Source of the DNA: Chrysomallon squamiferum
Lineage: Eukaryota > Animalia > Mollusca
NCBI GenBank assembly: GCA_012295275.1
Contig: CM022665.1
Location: 11,966,001-12,030,000 of the forward strand
DNA length: 64,000 bases
Direction of reading: 5' to 3'
Below are positions 40,101 through 54,200 of this stretch, one piece after another (within the stretch, counting starts at the first letter, position 1; every line of letters starts with the position of its first letter). Position numbers and translations under genes: made by a program. A model generated the notes under the pieces. It worked only from the letters and a program-made list of their open reading frames with translations, was not told where the DNA came from and made no database searches.

Positions 40101-43100
40101 TAAAGTTAAATAAATTACCCTTAATAAAGTGTTAAATCTTTGAAACAGAGGAAATAAATTTTGTTATGGTTCAATCACCATTATTATTATTATCAGAATT
40201 TAAATTCATTAAACTTGCTTCTTAGAAAACTGCCTTGAAAGTCAAGATAATTATTTATTATAACAGTTTTGCAATCATGGTGTTCATATAACTAATACTG
40301 TTGTGTTTCTGATAGACAGTTTAAATGATACAGTGTTTGTCTCATTAAAAAAGTTCTTTAAGAATAATTTAATTTCATCTGTAATAAATGTTGGTTGTTT
40401 TATTCTTTAAAAAGTATGTGTACTGCAAAATTAAGTTCATTAAAGTATTGTGAATTATTCAGTTAGTACATAAAAAATAAATTATAATATTTTGCATGTA
40501 TTTCCAAGGTCAGTTGTATGCTACTACTAATTCAGCCTGCATGGAAAACCTTAACTCTAGGCTTCAGTTTTCATAGCTGGAGTAATTAATTATGTATGTT
40601 TTTAAGGCTGGTGGTTTTGCAGTGTTTTATTTTTATTTTTATTTTTATTTTTATTTTTATTTTTATTTTTATTTTTATTTTTATTTTTTATTTTTATTTT
40701 TATTTTATTTTTTTTTTTTTTTTTTTTCAAATTCTTTCCTGGATTATTATCTTGCTCCAAGCTAGTTACGTTTGACATTAAATTTTAGGTTTGGTTGTTA
40801 CTATTATGAATAAACAGAAAATTGAAAACTAATATGACCTTTGTAACTAAATAATTATTTTGCTTTTGGTATTAGTAATAAATGAAATACTGTATACAGC
40901 ATTTTGACTCTATGCCAAACAGCCATCCATCACTATTTAATCCAAGATCCTGTCTTACTAAGAAACGCCAATATATGATTACTGCTGTTTCCCTTGTCAT
41001 ACTAATGTATTATCTAAAATCAGCAGAGAAATGAAATGTTATCATCATCAGTTAGGATAATCTTTGTCAGCTTATTTTTCAAAAACACACGAAACAATGT
41101 TGTCCTAATAGTGTTTTGGGAAGTGTCTTTTTTTCTTCTAAAAATAGTAAATTAATGGGTACTTGAAAAGTTAAGTGTCTGCTAAAAGATAGTTGAAATT
41201 ATTTTAATAAAAGTTAATTAACATTTTGCATTGAGAAAAGTTCATGAGTATGGTGCAACAATTAATCTGTCATTTAGCTTACAAACTAACATTTTTATGC
41301 AGCAGTTGTTTTGTTTTGTTTTTTGTTTTTTTAATGATATAATTATTTGGAATATATGACAAAACTCATATAGTGATTTAATGTTTTACTTAAGATATAT
41401 ATCATTAACAGTGTGATTAAGAGAAAGCCTAATTATTAACAAAGAACATTTTGGTTTTGTTATTAGAATGGCTACATTAATTTACTTCACTGTAATCTAG
41501 GATTTCTTTTTATTGTATTAATATAATCAATACATATACTGTCATGTTTGTGCCCTAAGAGAGCTTATTATAATTAGAAATGGAATTAATTCTTATTCTT
41601 TCCCCATATGACTATATAGCCATTATTTTCCAAAGGACTTTCAGCAGCAATGAAATTACTTTTAAAATAGAACAGTATACTGTTACTAATATCATTACAT
41701 CTCTGATTAACAAAGCTTTAAGAAATCCCCTGATGTAAGGTAATTTCAATCCAAATTTTATTACCTTGAACTGGAGATAGTTTTATTTAATCTATAAATA
41801 AAACTTTTTTCAGAGTAAGTCTGAACTTCAAAAAGTCGAATGATTTGTAATTCACAATCATTTTGAAACTAAAAATGCAAAATTAAACATTTAACCAAAA
41901 TGTTCTAATTCAGAATCCAAGTAGAATTTCATAGAATAATTTCATCTCATTCCCCCACTTTTTTTTTTCTTTTCTTTTTTCTTCTTTTTATGTTTATGTA
42001 CATATGCACACAAGTGCACACACACTCACACACAAACACAAACACACTTGATTATAATATAAATTAAATATTTTGAATAGATGAGAAAAGTTTCATTTAA
42101 TTGATAGTGGGGATCAAAACATAAGGTTGATATCAGCATACCAGATTTTTAAAAATAACTTTCTGTCTTCATTACTTAAGTTTTATCCTTTAAAACAATA
42201 AAAAAAAATTTAAAATTTAAAATGTTTATTTTTTTTAATTATTATTATTATTATTATTATTATTTTTTTTTTTTTTTGTTATTGCGGATATAATTCATTT
42301 AGCACCAAATAATTTAATATCAAGAGTTCTAGATATTTTGATTTATCATTAGAACAAAAGAAAAAGTTATATTACGATGAAATGTATCTATACAAACACA
42401 TATGTACATACACACACACACACACACACACACAGTGACACATATATATTGACAGATTTCAAATTATCAACTGAAGACATTTTCCCATTGATTGTTTGGG
42501 GGCTCTTTAAAATTTAGATATTTAACCATATTCATTAGCCTTTCCGTTTGGAGATAGCAGAGGTAAATCAACCTATTTTTGTTTTAGATCAACATAAATT
42601 ATCCCCGAATAAATATATTGCATACTTAATACTATCTTGACGTCAAAGCTTTTCTGGTCAATGAAATATTTGGCTTGCAGTGGTAATACACACAATTTTT
42701 CCACAATCCATCAATAAAACATTAACACTTCTTTAATTAGAGCTCAAGACATTGATGATTCCCAGGATACTGCAAGGCAATGATTGGGATATAATGGTTT
42801 GCCTAGCAAAGACAGTAGTCTTAGATATGAGTCTCCATTATAGTTATCTGTGATAATGATTGAGATACACACAAATTTACAGGTACAAATGTGTGAGGTC
42901 AGGGTAATAAATATGCAGATATCTTAAAATATGCAGATAACAGAAATGTGGTTTTGACATTGACAGAGCCTGTGATAGATGTAATAAACAAGGATAATAA
43001 TAACTATCTGACATGAAAGCATTAATTTGATTCATTGACATGCATAACATATATAGCAGTAGATTAATTATATATCTTCTTTTAACATATATTTGTAGAA

Positions 43101-46100
43101 AAAAATTATTGTCCATGTTTTTGGATTTTCAACAAGTAAATAAATAAATAAATAAATATTAATAATTAAAAAATAATAGGTATAAATATAGCTTAATTGT
43201 ATAGAAAGAAAATGACTAAATAACCCAACATATATATATATTTGTTTTCTTATTTTTTCATAATGATTTTTTATGTTTTTTGATACACTCTTTGAAAAAA
43301 CCCAGTGTTTTACTTCTCACAAGCAGCATTTCAAAGACTTTAGTTTTCCTGGTGTGTATTCCATGATAAATTCCAGTCTGTAGTTTGACCATCAATGGAA
43401 ATACTCTTATAAACATTCTTAAAAAGGCAATATTTTAACTGTTGATAACATTTGGCATTTCAGCACAACAGCTGCTTGTTATTTTTTTTTCACTTTGGCA
43501 ATAGATAAAAGGTCATTTTGGTTTACAAATATTATATATATAAAAAAAAAAAAAAAAATTTTTAATTTGAGCAACTATTTTTTTTTCTTTGTTAAATGAT
43601 TTTTTTAGTTTAATGAAAGTACTGTTAATGGTGCATGTGCACATTATTTTGTTTACCATTGCATATTCCAAACTACAAAATGTTCTAAAAAAATCATTTA
43701 CAAAAGCTGACAAATAAAATTTTGTGCAAAATAATTATTTTATAATTAAATAGCATTTATTCTAAATATATTTTGAAGAAGTTGGTTAGATTCATATTGT
43801 TTTTAACATTTCCATCATATACTTCTAGGGAAGATCTTTATTTATTTATTTATTTTTTATCATTTTTTTTTTTTTTTTTTTTTTTCAGTCTCTGGAAAGC
43901 ACACGACGTATGCTGCAGTTATGTGAAGAGGTAAGATTCATTTTTTGTTTCAAAATTTTTTGTTTAATTGGTTTTAATTATATTTTAATTAAAAAATGTA
44001 TATATATTATATAAACAATTTTAGTTTAATTATTAATGGAAATTTTTTTATTTTTTATTTATTTTTTATTTTAATGTATTATGAACATTTTTTTAAAATG
44101 TGAATGATTTTTGAAGGAAATAAAGAATTTTAATTTAGAAATACTTATTTGTTTAATACATTTATTATTATTATCATTTCTTTTTCTTTTTTTTTTTTTT
44201 TTTTTAGTAAAATATTTGATTAATAAGTTTTTTGTTTGTTTGGGTTTTTTCTCCTTCTTTTTTAGTTTTTTTAATCCAATATTTGGTCAAAGTTACATTT
44301 TTTAATACATGAATGTAAAATTTAAAGCAGTAGTTTCTTTATTTTCATTTTACCTTCTTACATTTCAAAATATAATTTGTTTTTTATTTCATCTGAATTA
44401 ATTTAAAATCAGAATACCAGGAGTTATTTTATTTTATTATTTGTATCATTATTTATTTATTTATTTATTTGTTCGTTTTTTTATTTATTTTTTTAAATAT
44501 GGTGGAAGAATAGCTGCAACAATAAACAATTTTCATTTGTGTTTTTTTATAGTTTTAGAAAACTTTTCAAACAAAGGGACTTAGTAAACTGTAAAGTCAT
44601 TTAATTATTTCACCTAACATGCAATAGTTTCAATAAGTATAAATCTTATGAAAACTCGTTTTATTTGTTGCATCTGCTCTGTTGTTCAGAGCAAGGAAGC
44701 GGGCATCAAGACACTTGTTATGCTCGATGAGCAAGGAGGTAAGATAGCTATCAGTGTGTCCAAGTGTTTAGTATGCCAGTCAGAACAGTTCAGAGAATGC
44801 AACCAATTTATGGTGTGTATGTAACTGATAGTTAATTATGTTTAACAGTAATGGTGATGAATCAGCTTGAGATCAATTTCCCCTAGATAGAACCAATTAG
44901 CTTTTATTTTTTATTTTTTCAATGGTACTAGTTGGCAGAAGCTTTTGTCATTTTTTTATTTTTTATTTTTTTATTTATTTTACAAAACAGTCCTTCTCAG
45001 CTCTTGTGTTATTGAAAAAAAAAAAAAAAATTGAATGTTAGTTTCACAATCAGTTAAATTGGAATTCATGAATTAATTTCAATCTTAAAGTAGATAAAAA
45101 TAATGAAATAAAGTTTCTGCTTTGAAGGACTGTTTTTATCTTTTGCTGTTGTCATCACCTCATACCTGTTATTTTAGCTAAAATGAAAACCTGAAAAATA
45201 ATGGAGATAACATTAATATTTTACTAAGTTCTCTGAGCAGTTTTGAATGTTACATATTGTGAAGTGGTCTGATATAGTCTGTCTACAGATGTGTAAATAT
45301 ATAATATTTGGTTTTGCACATTTATAATGTTTGTTGCAACACAGTTATTTTTAAAGAAGAACTTGTAAAATTATTGAAATGAAATTTTTAAAACTGTTTT
45401 TGTTTTTCAGGAATTTGACATTTTATTTATAAAGCAGTGTAAAATACAAAAATAGTCATCAAAGCTGATCTTTTGCATCCACTTCTGGATCAAGTTACTG
45501 TTAAAGTCATGTCTTACAAATATTTGTTTATTAATTCCCAGAAAAAAAATCTGAGAAAATCTGTATAATTGCAAAATTCTTTTAGTTTCATAAACCAGTT
45601 ATGTTTTTCAGTGATGACAAGATAATTATTGTTATTTCAAATTTACAAAATGTAGATAATATTTGAATGCATGAAATTGTACATTTCATTTATTTAAGAA
45701 TGTTTTTAATGTTGTTGTTTTTTCTTTCTTTCTTGACACAAGTAATGTTTTTTCTGTGCACTGTATTTACACCAGTGAAGTTTGCTGCAACGATTTCAGA
45801 TTTCATGAAAAAAACAGAAGAAAAAAACCCAGAAATAAAAGAATTAATGTTTATCATTAGAGACATTACATACTAAAATAGCACATTCCCACACATATAT
45901 TATCTCAAACACATTAAATTAATGTAAAAACAAAGACTAATCCACAACAGCCAACATATTCCCAGAACATACCTTTTTTAATTTATTAATTTTGATTTTA
46001 AAAATTTTATACTTAAAAATAATAATTGTCAAAAGAAGAAAAAAAACAAAAATTATTTATAAGAAAAGATTTAATTTTAATGTCATAAATGGATTAACCC

Positions 46101-46827
46101 TGAATGATGCATAGGTGTACAAGTCAACCAAGCATGTTTTATCTTGCAGGCATAAGAAAATAATTAATATTGTTTGTATACATTTTACAGTTGTGAAATT
46201 ACCAATTACACTTGCAGCAAACTTGTTAAATTCCCTAAAAATGTGTAAAATCATAAGTTAGCTTTAGAACATAGATGTTATTAATATATGTTACCCCAAA
46301 CCCTTTTTGTCATTTACAGAAAGCTAGTATTCCAACTTCACTGGTAAACACGATAGATTTGCTGTTGTCACCGTGCTTTTAGTTTCTGTTTGTCTGTTGT
46401 AAATTTCAGAGCCAGGATGTGGGAATCAAAACTATAGTAATGCTGGATGCTCAAGGTGGTAGGTACTCCACAGAAGTTCTTATTAGCACATCTTCGTGCA
46501 TTTAAAAGAAAAAAAAAAGAATTTGAAGTATTTAACACAAAATTCAGTATTACTAATTTTTAATCAAGTTGTTCTCCCCAATATAATCTGTTCATTCATC
46601 CAAATGAATACCATCATCACATTGCATTTAAATTCAGTTAAGTTCAAGTGTCAGCTCTGAGAGGTAAAAAATAAAATAAAAAGAGAGATAAATTTTAATA
46701 TTTAAATATTATTGTAGAATAAGAACTATAATTATAAATAATTTCATCTGCAAAAATTTTAATAATTAAATAATGCATGCATACAAATATGATTTATTAC
46801 TTTTCATTATATTATTTATTTATAAGT

Positions 46828-46877
<50 letters not shown>

Positions 46878-49800
46878 TACATATATATTACTTATCTTTC
46901 TTAACAAAGGCAAAATGTTGGAGAAAGATAAAATATTTCTTATGCAGATTGTAAAATCACATTTTCAATTTGTTATTTGGCATGGGATTTTAGTAGATGT
47001 TACAGATTCATAAAAATCTAAATATTCCATCATTAAGTACTTAGGGGAAAAAAATTGAAATGGATTTCTACAGCAGATAAAAACATTTTAATCTGTGGAA
47101 ATGTTATATATATTTTTTTATACTTTACTTGTTTCTGATTTAAAGTACATTGTAAGGCAGTTGCTAGAAAAGTTCTGAGTCTGTTTTAAAAGAAATGCAG
47201 AAATTAATTGTGTAATCTTTAAAATGTGCATATATATGCACATGATGTTATGGTCTTGTGAATATGTTGCTAAGCTATGTATATAGTTTTTAAAAATTAA
47301 TAAATAAAAATCTTATGGGAATATCTGTATGTATTGTAAATGTTTATGCTTTTTGTTTGCTTTTTTTCTAAAATTAAAAATGTGTATATCATTTCGATAA
47401 ATTTAAAATCTTTTTAATAGGGGTGTGGGGAAATTCTTTCCTGTTCTTAATCTTTTGAGATCTTGTTAATTTTAATGAAATAATAATAACAGTAGATAGT
47501 ATCAGTCCATTATGTTCTAATAATTAATAATGATGATAAGAAGATAATGATGATGATGATGATGATAAAATGTAAAAGCTCAGTTTCTTGTAGAGAGTAA
47601 TTAGTGAAAGGTTCAAACGGTCTGTCATTCTACTTCTTGGAAAAGGGACTTTTAAAATCTTGTTCATTTGCTGCTGAACCATGATTGTACATTAAAAAGG
47701 CTGTCATGATCATAGATAATATGGCAGATGCAAGCATTAGGACCAGGCATTCAAACAGATGCAGTCCATTGTCTTGTATCTGATCAATAAATTGTTTGTC
47801 TGAAAGATGCATCAAGGCACGAAGAACATGCTAGATTGCAGTTTTATAACAAAATTTAGACAAAATTTTGTTACAGTTAAAACATAAAATGTAAGATTAA
47901 GTTCCAGAATATTTTAGAAAATATTATAGTGATTCTCTGTGGACATGAATTGATCAAATTTATAGCACTAATGCCAAGTTAAGAAATCATGTTTTATTTG
48001 TTCTTCAAACTTCTGCATCCGTAGTAAATAATATATGGACTTTTTTTTTCTTTTTTTTTTTTTCCATATCAGTACTGTTTATTGATTCTTTATAAACAGA
48101 AATCCAAATCCGAACCTAGCTAATGTTTAATCTAATATGATGTATAATACATATGATTTATCATTTCCAGCTTTTTTGTGGTTTGCTATCACTGGACATA
48201 GGTAATCTGAATTCAAAATTGGAAATAAGTTGCATGAAAAGAATACATTTCTTTTTGAGGTTTTAAAACTGAAATGCTCTCTAGACATCACAATTACCTT
48301 TTTGTTTCTTCGGCACAAAATCTTTAAAAAGCACATATGGTATATCATAGTTAATGAAATAAGGCAATTATTGGGCTCAGACTGCTGCTGTATGTAATAA
48401 TATTAAGCAGTGAGGATCTTTAGTCACAGGCCATGTAACAGAGACAATGAACTATTGATGTTAAACATGAAACAAAATTACTTTAAGTAATAAAGATGTT
48501 TCTAAGTTTATTAATTCATTCTGTTCATTAATGTTAATTTTATTATACTTTTTTAAGGCATTAGTACAGTCATGGGCAAACTGTGGCCTGCCTAATTTCA
48601 CAAGGAAAATAACATTAATTCAAATTTTATAAAATGAGTCTATTTTGTATCTACTAATATACTAAAACACATATCATTTTTTTATTATAACGATTCCTGA
48701 AGGAAATGAAAATGAAAAATTTCTTAGAATAAACTATGTAAAAACACAAAATTGCCTAAATTAGTACCTGCGGCCTGCCTGAGGATGAGCCATGATTCAT
48801 GTGGCCTCCTTCTTGAAATAGGTTGCCCATGCCTGCTTTAATAGTTATTACTTAATACAGAGATAATTTAATAACAAACACAGGGTTGTTACATTTGATT
48901 CTTGAGGTTTTTTCTGATGGGTGGATTAATTTTTTTTTGGTGATGATATCCATAATTAATATTATTTAAAGGTTTTAGGTCAGATTAGTGTTGGTTCAAA
49001 GACTAGACTATATGGCTATGGTGTAAATGGCTCCAGAACAGTCTTATCTGTTTGTCCCATTGAGTTATTTCTCATCCAAGTCAAAGGCTATGTTATGTCC
49101 TTTCTGGATTGTTGGAAGGTGTATTAATAAATAAATTATGAATACACTGCTGTATTGCTGCTTGTTAAAAAAGTATAGTTCATACATTTGTTGCCATTGG
49201 TTTTTTTCACTGTATGTGGTCTTAAAACTAATCACATCACAAGAATATCTGAGTACATCATTAAATACATAAAGTCTTTCTTCTTTCTGGATCAGATTTG
49301 TCGAATTCCACTGAACTTCAAATATTCAGTTGAATACAGTGTTACCTTTTTTTCTTTTCTTTTTATTTTATTATTACTATTATTATTATTATTACCATTT
49401 TTTTGTAAGTCTAAGAACAAATGAAACAGTAGAAGTCATGAGCAAAGAAGCCATGGAACAATTAGCATATACGTTTATTCTGCAGCTAACCTTTCATGAC
49501 TTTAGCTAAGACAGTAATCTTTGTCCTTTGTGGATATAAACACAAAAATAAGTTAACAAACCAACTAACCGATCACACCAGTGTGTGTAGATAAGATGTC
49601 TAGAGTGTGCCTGTTTAACAGTCAGGCAATTACCGATATGATCTCTTTAGGGATAAGATGTCCACTAATTTCTTTGGTCCTCTGGAACACTCCTTACTGC
49701 AGAGTATTTCAGGATAATAAGATTACTGAATAAATAACTGCCCTAATTCAAATTATACTATTCAGAAAAGAAATGTGCATATTGCACTTTTGCTAAAAAT

Positions 49801-51225
49801 CCATAAATATTGTTCTGTGTGGCTTTTCAACATTAAAGCATTAGAAATTTTCTGGCTAGTTTAAAATAGAAGTAAAAAAGGAATTAACGGCATCCTATAC
49901 TTGTATTTGTTAAAATCTTTGTAAATACATTACATTACTGTGTGTGTATTATTATTTTTTTTTTTAATGTAAAAGATATTTACACATTCAATCATAGTAT
50001 TGAAAAATATTAGCAGCCCGATTTAGATGTCTTTTTTTGTTTTTTTTCAAATTATTTGAATCTTCATTATCTAATCTTTGATTCTGTCATTTTATTTAAA
50101 TATCTATGCTCAGTTCCTTGAAGAAATTGTGGCTTTATGAATGATTTCAGTTTCACTGTATCTTTTGTTTGATAACGAAGCTTAGTTTTGTGGGCATAAT
50201 TCTGAATTTACTCGATTGTTTCTATTATTGGACATTCAGTTGGCATTAGCTGATTTGAAGAAGACAGTTTATCAATATGGATGAGTTTGTGTGGTTGGAA
50301 AACATAATGGTGCTGGCCTTGCTTATTAGCTGAACTTAATGATGAGACACTGGTACACGCTGAACATCAATACATTATAACACATATTAACCAATAAGGT
50401 TCAGAGAAGCTAGATTTTTCCTTTCATAATTGTATGGCTGCTATAATAAATGTTCTTACTCATTTAGCTTTTATGCATATGGCATCACTTAAATCTCTAT
50501 CCTGAATTAAAGATAAAAACATGATTAATATTACCACCATGACCATCATCAACAACACTACATTTATTCTCAGAACAAAGATATCTTCATAATACATCAA
50601 GAAACACATATAATAAATTAACCTTTAAAGGTCTTTGTTTTATTTTGTCGGACAAAATAATAATTATTTTATAGTACACTATTCATCATTTTTATACTGG
50701 TCCTTGAATGTGTACTTTAGCTTCATATTGATAACATATTTTTCTTTCCTTTTTTAAAAAAAATAACAAAACACACTAACACATGCAATCTGCAAAGGCT
50801 TTCTGCTGTAGAATTTATGCCAGTTTTTATCATTATGTTCTTACATTAATGTCTCTTAATCATTGTCAGATATGACCTTAATTTTCTTGGATAACTTTTA
50901 CATAAAAACTAATATATAATATTGTTGATAATATAATAATAATAATAAAAACTATACTGTATTTTGCTTCATCCTACACAATAAAAGCATAAGAAGACAC
51001 TGGTTAGTTTGATTTAACAGTGAATACATTATGAGTGAAAATAAAAAATATATATATCATTTTTAAAATGAATAAATTCTAATATTTTGTATAACCTAAT
51101 GTATTTCCCATTTCAAACGCATTTTCCTGATACTTCCAAATTCTAAGGAGACCTTCCACCTTGAACAACAGTTTTACTAACAAAGCCAATAAATGTAATT
51201 AGTTTTTTAAATTGCCTTATTACAG

Positions 51226-51279
<54 letters not shown>

Positions 51280-54200
51280 GTACTGAAAGATAAATATTCT
51301 AAGTTTCCAAGACATAATGTTTTAGTGTTTTTAGTTGTTAACTCTGTTTCTGATGTTTTTTCTGATTGTTCTAAAATTTACAGGTATTTCTAATGACATG
51401 TTGTTTTTGCAGAACAACTTGATCGTGTGGAAGAAGGAATGGACCAGATTAACAAAGATATGAAAGATGCTGAGAAAAATCTGGAAGGAATGGAAAAATG
51501 CTGCGGACTTTGTGTACTTCCATGGAAAAAGTAAGCAGTTCTAAAATTATTTGGATAATAATAGTTCTAACGTATTATTTCATTTTTAATACTGTGACAT
51601 AAAAGATAAAATGATTTTTAAATTATATATCAAAAATGTTCAATCAAATAGAATTATCCCTGCATTGAAGCAGTTATTTCAATTCACTGTTGGGCTAGGA
51701 TTGTCTGGAAACTGACATTTCATTGTAATCAAAACGAAACAAAAAAAAAAGAAGAAGAAGAAAAAGAAAAAAGAACAAACAGTTCTATTTACTCTGTAAA
51801 ACAAAAACTGTCTAATATATCAAAGGAAATAATTGTTTATCATGGAGTAAATGACAGAGATGCATGCATGGTCATTACTTCTGAATCTTCTCTCTCAAAT
51901 ATTTACAGTGTATGATTGATACCCTAATTGCAGACTCCACTTGTTTGTATTTTGTCTCTTTCTGTTCAAATTCTGTAGTGATTGAAGTTCTAAGTTTTAG
52001 CCTTTCACTGGTGATTATTTTCAGCAGTGGTGCAGAAATATTATTAGTGAGACATTTTTCAGAACTTCTGAGATCTTTTCCATTGAATCAGAAATGCAAC
52101 ACCTTGATCTGCAATCTTACAATCAATAGTAATTTACTGTAATTATTACAATTATCAGACAAAAGTATGTATTTGTCATAGTTACTATTTGTTGTCTTGC
52201 TTCACATGTCTATCAGCACATGAATGTAAATAATATTGTTCATGTTTAATTAAATTCGTTTAGATTAGATTGTATAATTTCAAGGTTAAACTGTTTTATA
52301 AAATATGAGTTATTCTGGATATTTGACAAACACTATTCATGATTTCATCTTACTTCCTCATCACAACACTAAGCAAAAGGCTGTATCTTGAATAAATGTC
52401 AGCTGGTTCTTTAATCAGGTGCCAGTTAATCATGTAAACAGATTGAAATTGTCATTTCTTAAATGACATCACCAGTCCTTCTTTGACTTGCTTGACCATT
52501 ATTCTCAACATGCATGGTGGCATGTGTCCATTAAGCACCCTTAAAAGTTATTTCTCTTATCTGATCGTGTTGAGTTCAGGAAGTTTTAAATGAGATTGAG
52601 TTGTTAGCTTGAAAGGAAAGATAATGGAAATAGCCTTCATCCATATGGAACACAAGTACACAGTGAAATAAAAACCATTTCTTTGATGTAATGTGAATTT
52701 CTTTTTGAAACATTGAAAGACATTTCTGTTTTTGACAGATGAAATCATGTTAAATATTGTGTTATACAAAGAAAGTTAAAATGCTGCCATGTTAAATACA
52801 AATATGATTGGAAGTCTAACTTTAGAGCAGTTTTCTGATGGATATGTTAAAGTATTAATAAACATTTTTCAGGATGGATGAATGTGAAACATAATAAATA
52901 TGATGAATATAATATTAAATATATTTTTACATGTAAAAATGTTATATTTCAGTTAACTAATTTTTAATGTTTCTTCAGTTACTTCATTTTAAAACAAGTG
53001 AGGTATGTATTGTTACTCTGAAGTATAACTAAAATGTAAATAATATATTTTGTTCACTGACTAATAATTTTTTTATTTCAGCTTAATATTAAGTATAATA
53101 CTATTAGGAAGAGGAACTGGTGAATTTTTGTTATTTTAATGTTGTTTTTTTTCTTTATTAGAAAATTTATTGTTTTAGTATTATAAGGGAAATTGTTATA
53201 GTTAAAAGTTTTGCAGGAATTATTTTTATCTTACATTTCACTACATAACTTTTATTACTGTGCTCAGTATTAAAGATATTTGCAATTTATCACTGAACAA
53301 ATTACTTCAAATCAACTCGGTTAGTCTACGAAGTTGTTTGAATAAAATTGATCTAGACACTGAATACCTTATTAATAAATTATAATGTAGATTCTGAGTT
53401 ACAGAGCCCTCAAAAAACATTAATGCTTTGTTTCTGGTGTTTTAATCTGCAGAGGTAAAAATTTTGAAAAAGGTTCTGACTACAACAAGACATGGAAAGC
53501 CTCAGAAGATGGCGAAGTGAATGCTTATGGACCAAGGGTAATAGTTGCTGATGCAAATCAGGGTCCAGGAGGTGGATATATTACCAGGTATTTTTATGTC
53601 ATGCTCATCTTTGTTTTTCAGGGGTAAAAATTTTGAAAAAGGTTCAGACTATAATAAAACATGGAAAGCCTCAGATGATGGTCAAGTTAACACTAATGGA
53701 CCAAGAGTAGTTGTAGGGGAACAGCAAGGGTTTCAAGGTGGCTTCATCACAAGGTATTTCTCGAAGCTTGCCTTGTGGATTAGTTGTAACCAGGCACCTT
53801 CTTGTGAAAAAACAGGATACAATTGATGTCAGTTTTATTGTCTTCATTACAAACAAGATGAGAGCAAAGATGGTTGCCTGGTTTCAACAAGAATCCATGT
53901 TTTTCCTCTTTGCATCCTTTTTAAAAAATTTTGTATTAGTTGCAGGGTTCCCATCTGATAAATAATAACCAACATTAAAAACTTCAAAAATTCTAACCAA
54001 CAGCAACTTGTTAACAGGTTTGGCAGTTTTCATATATAAAATTCTTATGGGTACCCTTGCTCTTCTGCATCATTTTACTGCATTTTTGGAAGTTTGCACA
54101 AATATTCCATTTTAATATTATCACCACCAGTGCAGTGATTAATTTGTTAGAGAGGATATTTTTTCTAAGCATCCTGTTAAATGTGCTACAGATATAATTA

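Noticed and set aside
45140-46375. Repeated tttgctgttgtca (about 45142 and 46358) with complementary acaacagc (about 45944) as docking/selector sites for exons 4a/4b
   Set aside because: Only 8 bp of complementarity, expected by chance; needs cross-species covariation.
46459-53452. A second exon 5, as in vertebrate SNAP-25a/b
   Set aside because: Searched by eye for a second Cys-cluster exon and found none; a tBLASTn would be needed to exclude a very divergent copy (the same applies to exons 3 and 7).
53545-53826. 93-aa ORF spanning exons 6a/6b
   Set aside because: Chimeric frame: out of frame in 6a, runs through the 34-nt intron, then in frame with 6b.
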